Below, piece by piece: positions 19,613 to 29,366 of a stretch of DNA of 64,000 nucleotides. The notes beneath the pieces were generated by a model, which had not been told where the DNA came from, made no database searches, and saw only the letters and a list, made by a program, of their open reading frames with translations. Position 1 is the stretch's first letter. Every line of letters begins with the position of its first letter. A program made the translations under genes and the position numbers. The stretch comes from Spirochaetia bacterium (lineage in GTDB: Bacteria > Spirochaetota > Spirochaetia > UBA9216): positions 352,001-416,000 of the forward strand of contig OZ223267.1 of assembly GCA_965140585.1 (NCBI GenBank), written 5' to 3'.

Positions 19613-22126
19613 CTAATCAAGAAGCGGATTGTAATCCGGATTACTGTCTGTTGTGCCGCCTTCTGTGCCAGTTTCTGAACTAGAGTCCAGTAGAAAATCA
19701 GGTAAATCCAGCTCGATATTGTCGATATTATAAAGCGGTACATCCTCTATAAGCAGGTTGTTCTGAAGCCTCTGAAGCAGTTCTTCATCACGCTGCTTCT
19801 CAAATTTGTGAATGTCACAGGTTTTTTTAGGCTCTGTTCCCACCAGGAAAATCTCATCGATTGTACCGTCATCACAGTCATTTGTAGGGAGCAGTCCTGA
19901 AACACTGCAGACTTTTACACGTATGAGCCCTGATTCCGGTTCAGGAAATTCTTTAATCGGAAGATCTTCATGAATTGATTTCATGTACCGAACCCACCAA
20001 TGGCCGGTCGCAGTTGAACCGGTAAGGTATCGGCCGAGTGAAATTCCCGGGGTATCAAAGCCGAACCACATTGCCGTTGTATAATACGGCGAAAATCCGA
20101 GAGTCCAGGCATCCTGCCAGTTCTGGGTGGTTCCTGTTTTACCTGCCATCGGCATTCCGTCAAAGCCGCCGATTTCCCTGGTTCTGTTATGTAATGTTCC
20201 CCCATACATTTGTACGGTGCTCTGAAGCATATCAGTCATTATATAGGCTTCCTGCGGAGTCATTATCTGATCTTCGCCTTTATTCTTCTGTTTCTCTCTC
20301 AGGCGTTCCTTTTCAGGCTCGAGGATAATATTGCCCTGACGGTCCTCAACGCTAATGATAGCAATGGGAACCACCTCTTTTCCCTGATTTGGAAAGGTTG
20401 CAAAGGCTCTTGCCATGTTAATTGGAGCGAGCGCTGTAACACCCAGACCGAGAGGGAAGCCCCTTGGGAAGAGAGTTTCATCATTACGTTTGTCATAAAG
20501 ACCGGTCATTCTTGATATTCTTTCAATTGCAGCATCGAAGCCTATTTTTTCAAGAACCTGCAGCGACGGTACGTTCATTGAAGTTGCAAGCGCGTATCTG
20601 GCTCTAACTGACCCTTCCCAATCCCCGAGATAGTTCAACGGTTCATAGGGGTTGCCGGCCTCGTCAAAGAATACGATAGGGCCGTCATAGAGCCTGGTTG
20701 CAGGCGTGATTTTCCTTGCTGATATAGCAGCAGAATAATAAAGCGGCTTTATTGATGAGCCGGGACCTACAGTAGCATCAACCGCCCTGTTGTACTGCTT
20801 GGTTTCAAAGTCCGAACCGCCTATCATCGACAGAATTCGGCCTGTGTTGTTTTCAAGCGTTATAAGAGCACCTTCAACTGTTGTTTTCTGGCTTCTCTGT
20901 TTTTCCTTTTTGAATCCTGCCATCGTGGCTTTGTTCAGTCCGCTGAGGCCGAACATCGATGAAATCATGTAAAGTGAAGAGTTCAGGGAGTCGTAGTAAT
21001 AATCGGTAGCAGCCGATTTCTGTTTTGCTCCGGTTACCCTTATATCGTCAATGTTAAAGGTCAGTGAAAGGAGATCGACTATTCCTACAAACTGGTTATT
21101 GACTATGTCGTAGCGCTGATCGGAGTAATAACGGTATCTGTCATTGATATCGATGTAGGCGTCATCCATTATTGACTGAGCCTTCTGCTGGATGCCGAGA
21201 TCAAGGGTTGTATGAACAACATAACCGTCTTTATTTACATCGACTGCCCCGTAAAGCATATCGCTAAGCTGTAGTCTTACATACTCACTGAAGTAGGGCG
21301 CGAGACTGTTATTGTCAAAGTAGGCGCTTGCGATGTTTGATCGGCTGTAGTCAAAATTGTCCCAGTATTCCGCGAATGAATTGTCAGCCTGTTCCCGTGT
21401 ACAGTAGCCGAGTTCCACCATGTGGTTGAGAACATCGATCTGCCGGTCACGTGCTGTATCAGGATGATTGATTGGAGAGTAAAGGGCCGGGCTTGCAAGC
21501 TGTATTACCAGAATTGCGGATTCCGCAAGCGTAATATCACGTGCAGAATGCCCGAAATAGAACTGGGAAGCTGATTCTACCCCATAGGTATTGTGTCCGA
21601 AATATACTTCATTCATGTATATTTCAAGGATTTCATTCTTGGTAAGCGCTTTTTCTATCTGGAATGCATACCAGATATCATTTAATTTTCGTTTGATGGA
21701 TATCACTGATCTGTCTGAATAATGTGCACCGGCAACCTGCATTGTAATGGTACTGAAGCCTGAAAAATAATTACCGGCTACTATATTGTAGACGGCTCTG
21801 AAAAAGTGTTTAAAACTTAATCCGTTGTGCTCATAGAAATTGGCGTCTTCACGGCTTAAAAGGGCATAAATCAGGTGTTTGGGAAGTTCTTCAACCGGTA
21901 CTATTTCACGTTTCTCGTCGGAGAAAAGTTCCGTTATCAGATCACCGTTCCGGTCCAGTATCTGAGTCGGCAGGGCCGGTTCATAGTTCTGAAGATCCGC
22001 CCGGATGTCCGTATTTTTAATTGTGCTGAGGGTTTTCCCGAGTACAACGCCTAACAGGACCGCAAGTATCACACAAACAGCAAGAACTACTTCAATAGTT
22101 CTGCGTTTTTTCTTATTGGAAACCAT
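19613..22126 (-). CDS. Class A penicillin-binding protein 1A
   Basis: EDANFYEHNG and STITMQ (transglycosylase); GSSIKP, SMN, KTGT (transpeptidase). Confidence 0.93.
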   Translation of the reverse strand: MVSNKKKRRTIEVVLAVCVILAVLLGVVLGKTLSTIKNTDIRADLQNYEPALPTQILDRNGDLITELFSDEKREIVPVEELPKHLIYALLSREDANFYEHNGLSFKHFFRAVYNIVAGNYFSGFSTITMQVAGAHYSDRSVISIKRKLNDIWYAFQIEKALTKNEILEIYMNEVYFGHNTYGVESASQFYFGHSARDITLAESAILVIQLASPALYSPINHPDTARDRQIDVLNHMVELGYCTREQADNSFAEYWDNFDYSRSNIASAYFDNNSLAPYFSEYVRLQLSDMLYGAVDVNKDGYVVHTTLDLGIQQKAQSIMDDAYIDINDRYRYYSDQRYDIVNNQFVGIVDLLSLTFNIDDIRVTGAKQKSAATDYYYDSLNSSLYMISSMFGLSGLNKATMAGFKKEKQRSQKTTVEGALITLENNTGRILSMIGGSDFETKQYNRAVDATVGPGSSIKPLYYSAAISARKITPATRLYDGPIVFFDEAGNPYEPLNYLGDWEGSVRARYALATSMNVPSLQVLEKIGFDAAIERISRMTGLYDKRNDETLFPRGFPLGLGVTALAPINMARAFATFPNQGKEVVPIAIISVEDRQGNIILEPEKERLREKQKNKGEDQIMTPQEAYIMTDMLQSTVQMYGGTLHNRTREIGGFDGMPMAGKTGTTQNWQDAWTLGFSPYYTTAMWFGFDTPGISLGRYLTGSTATGHWWVRYMKSIHEDLPIKEFPEPESGLIRVKVCSVSGLLPTNDCDDGTIDEIFLVGTEPKKTCDIHKFEKQRDEELLQRLQNNLLIEDVPLYNIDNIELDLPDFLLDSSSETGTEGGTTDSNPDYNPLLD

Positions 22127-22174
22127 GAGATTACAGTAGGGGCATGGCGGACTTTTGTCAATACTGGATGGTGT

Positions 22175-22208
22175 AAAAAAAGGGGCCGGACTGCTGGGCA
22201 GGCCGGCC
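22175..22208 (-). terminator. Intrinsic terminator
   Basis: GGCCGG-CCTGC-CCA-GCAGT-CCGGCC-CC-T7 on the minus strand. Confidence 0.85.
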
Positions 22209-22266
22209 GAAAATGTGTCGGTAAATATAGTAAACTGGGAGGGGAACTATATTAAGTCCCGACACA
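22175..22266 (-). ncRNA. Candidate small RNA with C-rich (anti-SD) loop and its own terminator
   Basis: Sigma28-like promoter, then hairpin TGTGTCGG/CCGACACA plus AATATAGT/ACTATATT with loop TCCCCTCCCAGTTT, then GC stem and T7. Confidence 0.6.
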
Positions 22267-22270
22267 ATTA

Positions 22271-22297
22271 TTATCGACTTCTGTGTAAAAAGATTTA
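22271..22297 (-). promoter_or_regulatory. Sigma28 (FliA)-type promoter
   Basis: TAAA-N15-GTCGATAA versus consensus TAAA-N15-GCCGATAA. Confidence 0.65.
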
Positions 22298-23281
22298 GTT
22301 CTCTTCTACAAAAATATCAAGAAACAGTGAAATTTTACAGTCTTTTCCTGGTGTTACAGTGATTTTTTTGCTTATTTTATAATCACCATATTTAATGAGC
22401 ACAACATGCTCTCCAGGGAGCAGTTCAAGTGTCTTTCCGGCAGGATATTCAATCTTTTCTCCGTCGATGAAAACATCGGAATTTTCCGGTACATCGAGCA
22501 TTGCCGAGCTTTTCAGAATCTCAGGCTCAAGATTCAGCTGAAGTGTTTCTCCCTTTCGAATTGTAACAGTCTTTCGGAGAGGCGCGGCGCCTTCCATATC
22601 AAGATTGACTGTATGTGTACCGGTTTTCAGGGTAACTGTTTTTTCGGAAGCAGAAAGGCGGCTGTTATCGACCCTTAACGTATATTCAGCATCGGACAGG
22701 CTGTCAGCTGTGTTTATTGAGATATTGAGGACACCTGAATCACTGAGAACCGGGCTTACACTGATTTCAAAACTGCTTGAATACAAGCTTGAAGGAAAAC
22801 CCTTCATCAACGGCAGTATGGTAAACATCACCGGAAGATCAGCCTTGGCCAGAGGGCTGGAAATGACTGTTGTATAGGGAGATGTTTCAGTTTCAAGTTT
22901 TTTAAGGTAGGGTATCTGTATATATATCTTCGCGGCATCTGAAAGAAACAGTGTGTCATACTTGCTTCCGTAGTATGTTCCGATACCGGTACTGATTTCC
23001 GGTGATATACGCTTGTAGATGCTCAGGGCAAAGCTGTTGCTGTATTCCCTGAGATCGGAAGGCAGTTTCAGTTCAATCTCAAAGCCTTCGACAAAGTCTG
23101 AGGCCGGATCTACGGTTACTGCGAACACATCTTCGATATTCATTAAGAAGGAAACAGCATTGCCGGATGAAGAATCAGAAAGGGAAATGCTTTCAACGAC
23201 CTTCCCTCTGATATTTTCGCCGTAGGCCGCCGCAGCTGAGTAGATTATTATCAGAATTAGTGCCGAAAGTTTTCTTTTCAT
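22295..23281 (-). CDS. Secreted protein with C-terminal PEGA-like domains
   Basis: Signal peptide; VPENSDVFIDG...LLPGEHVV. Confidence 0.72.
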   Translation of the reverse strand: MKRKLSALILIIIYSAAAAYGENIRGKVVESISLSDSSSGNAVSFLMNIEDVFAVTVDPASDFVEGFEIELKLPSDLREYSNSFALSIYKRISPEISTGIGTYYGSKYDTLFLSDAAKIYIQIPYLKKLETETSPYTTVISSPLAKADLPVMFTILPLMKGFPSSLYSSSFEISVSPVLSDSGVLNISINTADSLSDAEYTLRVDNSRLSASEKTVTLKTGTHTVNLDMEGAAPLRKTVTIRKGETLQLNLEPEILKSSAMLDVPENSDVFIDGEKIEYPAGKTLELLPGEHVVLIKYGDYKISKKITVTPGKDCKISLFLDIFVEEN

Positions 23282-24225
23282 TACTTCAGACCGGGGGTCA
23301 GAACAGATGGATCCCTTGAAGCTCCGCTCCGTCGAATCTCAAAATGCAGATGAGGTCCTGTAGAACGGCCGGTAGTTCCGACTTCCGCTATCATCATAGT
23401 TGAATTTACTTTATAGTGCAACTCAACAAAAATTTTATTTAGGTGCCCGTAAAAGGTGCTGTATCCGCCGCTGTGCTCTATAAGAATGTAGTTTCCGAAT
23501 GTTTCATTATAGCCTGTGTCCGTAACTTCTCCTTCTCGGGCCGCGTATACGGGAGTCCCCTCGGGGGCTGCGATGTCTATACCGTCATGAAAGGTCGGGT
23601 GCCCTGAGAAGGGGTTCTTTCGCATCCCGTATCCTGAGCTTACAATTCCGTCAGGCAGGGGGTTGGAGAATAGAATCCCGAGAAAATAGGCTCGTTCTAT
23701 GCTGTGAAATGATTCACCGTGTATAAAATAGTAATTTCTCAGTTCAGATTCAGAATCAGATACCGGCATATAAATGCCGATCTCGTTTTCATCAGTAAAT
23801 GAGGCCATTCTCCATGAATGAAAAATAAAATCCAGATCTTTTACGGGTTTTTCCGGGATGAAAAGCCCGGGCTGGCCGGGAATCAGCAGCTTTCTTCCTG
23901 CGAGGTATTCTGTTGAACTGTATATGCCGTTTATAGTTGCAATGCTCTCATAGCTCAGGCCGGCGGCAGCTGCTATTGAAAAGACTGTATCACCGGCTTC
24001 CGCTGTATATTCATAAAGCATTAGCGGAGGCAGGTCTTTTCGGGAGGCGGCCGCACGGTGGTAAAAGGAAATATCCTCCTGCAGCTGTCTGAAGTAGATA
24101 TCATTGAAAACCAGTTTCCGGATAACCGGATAGCGGTCTGCAGCCGCGGAGAGCGGGAGTACTATGGCTGTCAGCAAAAGCATTGAGATTACCATGTGCT
24201 TCGGAAAAATCCGGATGAAAAGCAT
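23281..24225 (-). CDS. LysM + M23 peptidase
   Basis: GDTVFSIA LysM; HDGIDIAAP, STGPHLHFE. Confidence 0.92.
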   Translation of the reverse strand: MLFIRIFPKHMVISMLLLTAIVLPLSAAADRYPVIRKLVFNDIYFRQLQEDISFYHRAAASRKDLPPLMLYEYTAEAGDTVFSIAAAAGLSYESIATINGIYSSTEYLAGRKLLIPGQPGLFIPEKPVKDLDFIFHSWRMASFTDENEIGIYMPVSDSESELRNYYFIHGESFHSIERAYFLGILFSNPLPDGIVSSGYGMRKNPFSGHPTFHDGIDIAAPEGTPVYAAREGEVTDTGYNETFGNYILIEHSGGYSTFYGHLNKIFVELHYKVNSTMMIAEVGTTGRSTGPHLHFEIRRSGASRDPSVLTPGLK

Positions 24226-24395
24226 ATGAAATTATGCAGTAATTATTGCAGATTTACAAGCTTGAGCCATTTTTTAATATTATTTCATTTGCTTGGTGCC
24301 GATATTAGAAAAAGCGGTTATAATAGAAAGGCGATGTCGTTGACAGCATTCGCTCATAGAATTACAATCCGCATAGTAAGAAAGTAACGGGAGAT

Positions 24396-25409
24396 GTGAT
24401 GCCGAAGCCGGTCCGATACAAAGCGAATTCAATTGTATATTTCAAAGGTGACTCAAATGACTCAGTTTATATCCTGAAGTCCGGATCCGTCATCCTTAAG
24501 TATATTGATATTGAAACAGGGCAGGAGCTTCAGGATATCATAAGTACCGGTGAGTTCTTCGGTGTTAAATCGGCTCTTGGAAAGTATCCAAGGGAGGAAA
24601 CCGCATTTGTTGCCCGCGACTCTGAAATGCTTGCTTTCACTGTTCCCGAATTTGAACAGATTGTCATGCAGAATACCAGAATAATCATGAAGATGCTCAA
24701 GGTTTTTTCCAACCAGCTTCGCAGGATTCACAAGCAGCTTAGCAATCTGATTTCTACCGGAGAAGCTGAGGATCCGGAAACGGGCCTTTTCAAGATAGGA
24801 ACATATTACCAGCAGTGCGGAAAGAACGTTCAGGCACTTTATGCATTTCGAAGATACCTCACTTATTATCCCTCCGGTAAATATGCAAATTCTGCAAGTG
24901 AGAACCTTCAGCGGGTGGAAATACTTATTCAGACTGCACCAAAAGCTGGAGTAAGTTCTTCTGCACCGGCAGGTGTTCAGGTTTCACCCGGTACAACTCA
25001 GGAAAAGGGTACTACCGGCGGTACGATGTCCGAAACTGCAAAGGATTATTACCAGGGTGTGAATCTCTTCAGCAGGGAAAAGTACAATGATGCCCTGAAT
25101 ATCTTCAAGAAAGTAATAACTTCCGGTACAGAAAGTGAATATCAGGCAAAATCCCAGTTTGAGGTGGGACGATGTCTTTTTGCGATGAATAATTTTGACA
25201 CCTGTATCAAGCATTTTTCTGCGATGATTCAGAAATATCCGAAACATCCAGATATGCTTGAAGCTCTTTTCTGTGTTGGAAACTGCTATGAGAAAAAAGA
25301 GGATTCAGATAAGGCTGCAGGTTTTTATAAGAAGATTTTAGCAATGGCCACCGACGGTACTCCTATTCACAGGAAGGCTACCAAGGCTCTTAACGGTTTG
25401 GAAGGATAA
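24396..25409 (+). CDS. cNMP-binding domain + TPR protein
   Basis: GEFFGVKS..PREETA; C-terminal TPR/BamD-like repeats. Confidence 0.85.
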   Translation: MMPKPVRYKANSIVYFKGDSNDSVYILKSGSVILKYIDIETGQELQDIISTGEFFGVKSALGKYPREETAFVARDSEMLAFTVPEFEQIVMQNTRIIMKMLKVFSNQLRRIHKQLSNLISTGEAEDPETGLFKIGTYYQQCGKNVQALYAFRRYLTYYPSGKYANSASENLQRVEILIQTAPKAGVSSSAPAGVQVSPGTTQEKGTTGGTMSETAKDYYQGVNLFSREKYNDALNIFKKVITSGTESEYQAKSQFEVGRCLFAMNNFDTCIKHFSAMIQKYPKHPDMLEALFCVGNCYEKKEDSDKAAGFYKKILAMATDGTPIHRKATKALNGLEG

Positions 25410-25414
25410 GTTTA

Positions 25415-26062
25415 ATGGCACTTGATTTATCAGTATTCGAGAGGTTTGCAAAGACATTCCAGAAAAATGATATTATTTTCTGTGAATACGAGCCCGGTGA
25501 CAATTTTTATCTTATCCAGTCCGGCAGGGTCGAGATTACAAAAATTATGGATAACATTGAAAAGACTATCGATATCCTTAACCCGGGTGAGGTTTTCGGT
25601 GAGATGGCTATCCTCGAAGAAGCTCCCCGGTCTGCAACAGCCATTGCCCTTGATCATGTAAAGGTTCTTGAATTCAACCGTGAAAATTTTGAAATACTTA
25701 TGATGGGAAATCCGCAGATTGCCCTGAAACTGTTGAAGCTGTTTACAAAGCGTATATACGACCAGAAGCGCCGGTTCATGATTCTGACTCTTGAAGATGA
25801 GCAGGCCAGGGTTGCTGATGTTTTTCTTATGCTTAATGAGACAGGAACTGTTGAGGCGCCTTCAGAGGAAGAGAGGGTATTTCATACGAGTGTTGATGAC
25901 ATTGCACACTGGGGAGGAATGTCTCCGGAAAAGTGCAGAACCATTCTCAATCATTTTATGGTTCAGCGCCGTGTTGATATCTTTAATGACAGGATAGTGG
26001 TCCGCAATATCAGTGATTTTATCCGCTTTGTTAATTCAAGAAGGCGCAACGCCAAAGCCTGA
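25415..26062 (+). CDS. Crp/Fnr family regulator
   Basis: GEVFGEMA..PRSATA; C-terminal winged HTH-like region. Confidence 0.88.
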   Translation: MALDLSVFERFAKTFQKNDIIFCEYEPGDNFYLIQSGRVEITKIMDNIEKTIDILNPGEVFGEMAILEEAPRSATAIALDHVKVLEFNRENFEILMMGNPQIALKLLKLFTKRIYDQKRRFMILTLEDEQARVADVFLMLNETGTVEAPSEEERVFHTSVDDIAHWGGMSPEKCRTILNHFMVQRRVDIFNDRIVVRNISDFIRFVNSRRRNAKA

Positions 26063-26580
26063 TGAAAAAAATACTGCTTCATACCTGCTGCGGGCCCTGT
26101 GCTACTGCATGTGTTGAGAAGCTGCTTTCCGAAGGATGGGAAACAGATCTCTTTTTCAGTAACTCAAATATATCACCCTATGATGAATACCTCAAAAGAG
26201 CGGAATATGCCCGCAAAACGGCCGAGCACTTTGGTACGGGGTTTATTGAGGATGAGTACAATCATCAGTCCTGGCTGGAGAAGGTTTCAGGCTATGAAGA
26301 TGAACCAGAGAAGGGTTTGAGATGCTCGCTGTGCTTCTCCTACAGTTTTAGCAGAGCTGCTCAGAAGTTCAATGAAGGCGGATATGACGCTTTTACAACA
26401 ACCCTGACGGTGAGTCCGCATAAGATATCAAAAATTATTTTTGAACAGGGTGGAAAATATCCCGGTTTTATCGGGATTGATTTTAAAAAGAAGAACGGAT
26501 TTGCCAGGAGTCTTGAGCTTGCTGATGAGCTTGGACTTTACAGACAGTCGTACTGCGGCTGTGAGTTTTCTATCCGTTAG
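26062..26580 (+). CDS. queH: Epoxyqueuosine reductase QueH
   Basis: LLHTCCGPC, RCSLC, TTLTVSPHK, YRQSYCGCEFS. Confidence 0.92.
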   Translation: MKKILLHTCCGPCATACVEKLLSEGWETDLFFSNSNISPYDEYLKRAEYARKTAEHFGTGFIEDEYNHQSWLEKVSGYEDEPEKGLRCSLCFSYSFSRAAQKFNEGGYDAFTTTLTVSPHKISKIIFEQGGKYPGFIGIDFKKKNGFARSLELADELGLYRQSYCGCEFSIR

Positions 26581-26608
26581 ATTTTCATCCGCTGATAAAG
26601 GTCTGTGT

Positions 26609-27295
26609 TCAGGCTGCGGGCAGCGCAATATAAAACATGAATAGATAATGAACTACAGCTCCGGCAAGTACGAAGATATGCCATATTTCGTGGAAGCCGA
26701 ATTTGCCCGGTATCGGATTCGGTTTTTCGATATAAAAAATTACAGAACCCGCCGAATACAGAATTCCACCCACAAGTATCAGCAGAATACCTCCAACACC
26801 AATCGCAGGCATTATATGAACCACCATGGCAATTCCTACCCATCCCATACAGACATACAGCGTATTAGTAAACCATTTGGGAACGTTGGGAAATGCTGAT
26901 TTTATAGTAATTCCCGCAGCGGCAAGTGCCCAGATTACTCCGAAAGTACTCCATCCCCAGGCGTCACGGCTTAATATAAGGCATAACGGTGTGTATGTAC
27001 CTGCTATCAGCAGAAAGATCGCCAGATAGTCAAAGAGTCTGAAAAAACCGTCGAGTTTTTTGGAATGTGAGATTCCGTGATGAAAACTGCTGGCAAGAAA
27101 CAGCAGTACAAGACTGAAGCCGTAGAGAGAAAAAGCTACAATGTGCCATATCTTACCGGCTGTCGCTGAAAGTGTGATAAGCAGAACCGTTCCGAGTAGT
27201 GAGAAAATTGCTCCGGCCATGTGGGTGACTGTATTAATTACTTCATCAGTTACGTGGCGACTGCCATCTTTACTTAGACTGTTTTCCATATTCAC
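26609..27295 (-). CDS. Hemolysin III / PAQR family membrane protein
   Basis: EVINTVTH, FLLIAGTYTP, HEIWHIFVLAG. Confidence 0.92.
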   Translation of the reverse strand: MNMENSLSKDGSRHVTDEVINTVTHMAGAIFSLLGTVLLITLSATAGKIWHIVAFSLYGFSLVLLFLASSFHHGISHSKKLDGFFRLFDYLAIFLLIAGTYTPLCLILSRDAWGWSTFGVIWALAAAGITIKSAFPNVPKWFTNTLYVCMGWVGIAMVVHIMPAIGVGGILLILVGGILYSAGSVIFYIEKPNPIPGKFGFHEIWHIFVLAGAVVHYLFMFYIALPAA

Positions 27296-27368
27296 ATATT
27301 AAGAAAAAAGCGGACTTTATACAAGAAAGATATAGAGTTAAAATTGTATCGATAAACAGATATCTATA

Positions 27369-27397
27369 TTGACACGATATTTTTAAATCGATAAAAT
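27369..27397 (+). promoter_or_regulatory. Sigma70 promoter of the hydrogenase cluster
   Basis: TTGACA-N17-TAAAAT; palindrome CGAT-N8-ATCG in the spacer. Confidence 0.7.
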
Positions 27398-27406
27398 ATA
27401 GACTAT

Positions 27407-27658
27407 ATGAAGAACAGGATCATTATATGCATGGGAAGCTCGTGTTATGCAAGAGGCAACAGGGATAATGTAAGTCTCATAAGGGAATACCTGGAAGCTA
27501 ATAATATCAGCGGAAGTGTTGAATTCAGCGGCAGCCTATGTGAGAACAACTGCAGCCGCGGTCCTGTAGTTACAATCAACGGAAAAACTTTTTTCGATGT
27601 GGATAGACCCCTTCTTCTTCAGATTCTGGATTCAGAGGTGATGAATGAACAGTCTTAA
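27407..27658 (+). CDS. hfsA: Thioredoxin-like [2Fe-2S] ferredoxin (HfsA-like)
   Basis: ICMGSSC...LCENNCSRGP. Confidence 0.8.
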   Translation: MKNRIIICMGSSCYARGNRDNVSLIREYLEANNISGSVEFSGSLCENNCSRGPVVTINGKTFFDVDRPLLLQILDSEVMNEQS

Positions 27659-29366
27659 AGCGATTTATCCGATTTATACTGAAAAAACCGAATGTCTCGA
27701 CTGCTATAAGTGTGTAAGGGAGTGCCCGGTAAAGGCTATAACTTTTATCAACGGTCATGCATCTGTTGACCAGGAGCTTTGCGTTTTCTGCGGCAGATGT
27801 GTTACCGTATGTCCTGCCGGAGCTAAGCGTGCCAGAAATGATCTGGGCCGGGTTAAAAGCCTGCTTTCTGAAAATCCCAATGTTATTCTGTCTATTGCAC
27901 CCTCATGGCGCGGAGAATTTCCAGGCGTAACAGAAGCTGATTTGATAGCTGCTGCAGAAACTGCAGGCTTTGCAGGAGTTTCTGAAACCGCTATAGGAGC
28001 TGAGGCAGTTTCAAAAACTATCGGTGAGCTGTTCAGCAGCAGCGGTGCAAAGCTTTTAATCTCCTCAGCATGTCCGAGTGTTGTTGAATATATTTGTAAA
28101 TATAAACCCGAGTTCCGGGAAAATATAACTCCGGTATTATCGCCTATGCTTACTCATTGCAGCATTATAAAACAGACCCAGGCCCCTGGTACGGAGATTG
28201 TTTTTGCAGGCCCTTGTCTGTCCAAGAAACGGGAGTCTGACGGACACAGTGAGCTGTGCCGGGCTGCAGTCAGTTTCCTTGATCTGCGTGATCTTCTTGG
28301 CGCTGATCTCCGGGGGGCAGCGGAAGCAGCTGCAGATAAAGATAAAACTCCTGTTCTTGGCAGAAGCGGAAAGGCTGCACTTTATCCGTATGAAGGCGGA
28401 ATGATCGAAAGCATTCAAAGCAGCAATCCTGTAAAAGATGACGAGATCATCTATATGAGTTTTTCCGGGCTTGATGAAATAGCTGAAGCTCTGGAAGGCC
28501 TCAATGAAATTGAAACTGACAGAAAGATTTTTCTGGAACTTCTTTCCTGCCGCGGCGGCTGTATTAATGGCCCCGGCTGCACAAGAAAGGGCTCGGTACT
28601 CAAGAAGCTTCAGGTTATAGAAAACAGCCGCAAGAAGGCCGAGAATGATTTCGTACCGGGAAAAATCGATGAAAGCTGGAGTTTTTCAATTAAGCAGCCG
28701 GAAAACCGGACAGATGAAGAAATAAAAAAAGCTCTTTCACTTGTAGGGAAATACGGGAAAGAAGATGAACTCAACTGCGGAGGCTGCGGTTACAACACCT
28801 GCCGCGAGTTTGCTGTTGCCTGTCTTGACGGGAAAGCCGAAACCGTTATGTGCGTTTCACATATGCGGAGACTTGCACAGAAAAAGGCGAACATCATCAT
28901 CGAAAAGATGCCCTCAGGCGTTGTAATCGTTGATGAGGCTCTTCGGATTCTTGAAAGCAACCGAAGGTTTGCTGAGATGATGGGTAAAGAAACCATGGTG
29001 ATGTGGGAAAGCCGCCCGATGCTTGAAGGTGCGATGGTCGATAGGATACTGCCTTTTTCCGGGCTATTTGAGACAGTTCTGAAACGCGGTGGAGAAATAC
29101 TGGATCGAAACATCCAGTTCAACAGCAAGGTTCTCAGTGTTACAGTATTTCCGATAATTGAGCACCAGACTGCCTGTGCAATAATCCAGGATGTGACGCT
29201 GCCATGGGTCAACCGCGACAGGGTTATCAGAAAGGCTGAGGAAGTAATAAGCCGCAATCTTGAAACAGTACAGCAGATTGCCTATCTCCTTGGGGAGAAC
29301 GCCGCAGAGAATGAAGTAATCATGAATTCCATCATTGAATCGTTCAGCGGGGAGAAAGATGCATAA
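27645..29366 (+). CDS. hydS: Sensory group C [FeFe]-hydrogenase with PAS domain (HfsB/HydS)
   Basis: 2x4Fe-4S N-terminus; SSACP, GPCLSKKRE, ELLSCRGGCING; NCGGCGYNTC; PAS; QQIAYLLGE tail. Confidence 0.9.
   Translation: MNSLKAIYPIYTEKTECLDCYKCVRECPVKAITFINGHASVDQELCVFCGRCVTVCPAGAKRARNDLGRVKSLLSENPNVILSIAPSWRGEFPGVTEADLIAAAETAGFAGVSETAIGAEAVSKTIGELFSSSGAKLLISSACPSVVEYICKYKPEFRENITPVLSPMLTHCSIIKQTQAPGTEIVFAGPCLSKKRESDGHSELCRAAVSFLDLRDLLGADLRGAAEAAADKDKTPVLGRSGKAALYPYEGGMIESIQSSNPVKDDEIIYMSFSGLDEIAEALEGLNEIETDRKIFLELLSCRGGCINGPGCTRKGSVLKKLQVIENSRKKAENDFVPGKIDESWSFSIKQPENRTDEEIKKALSLVGKYGKEDELNCGGCGYNTCREFAVACLDGKAETVMCVSHMRRLAQKKANIIIEKMPSGVVIVDEALRILESNRRFAEMMGKETMVMWESRPMLEGAMVDRILPFSGLFETVLKRGGEILDRNIQFNSKVLSVTVFPIIEHQTACAIIQDVTLPWVNRDRVIRKAEEVISRNLETVQQIAYLLGENAAENEVIMNSIIESFSGEKDA

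Noticed and set aside
22214-22266. Plus-strand CsrA-sponge reading of the hairpin (GGA in loop)
   Set aside because: Promoter and U-tract terminator both point to the minus strand, and there is only one loop.
24275-24305. Sigma28 promoter before the cNMP-TPR gene (GCCGATAT)
   Set aside because: No TAAA at 15-nt spacing, and a good sigma70 promoter (TTGACA-N17-TACAAT) lies closer.
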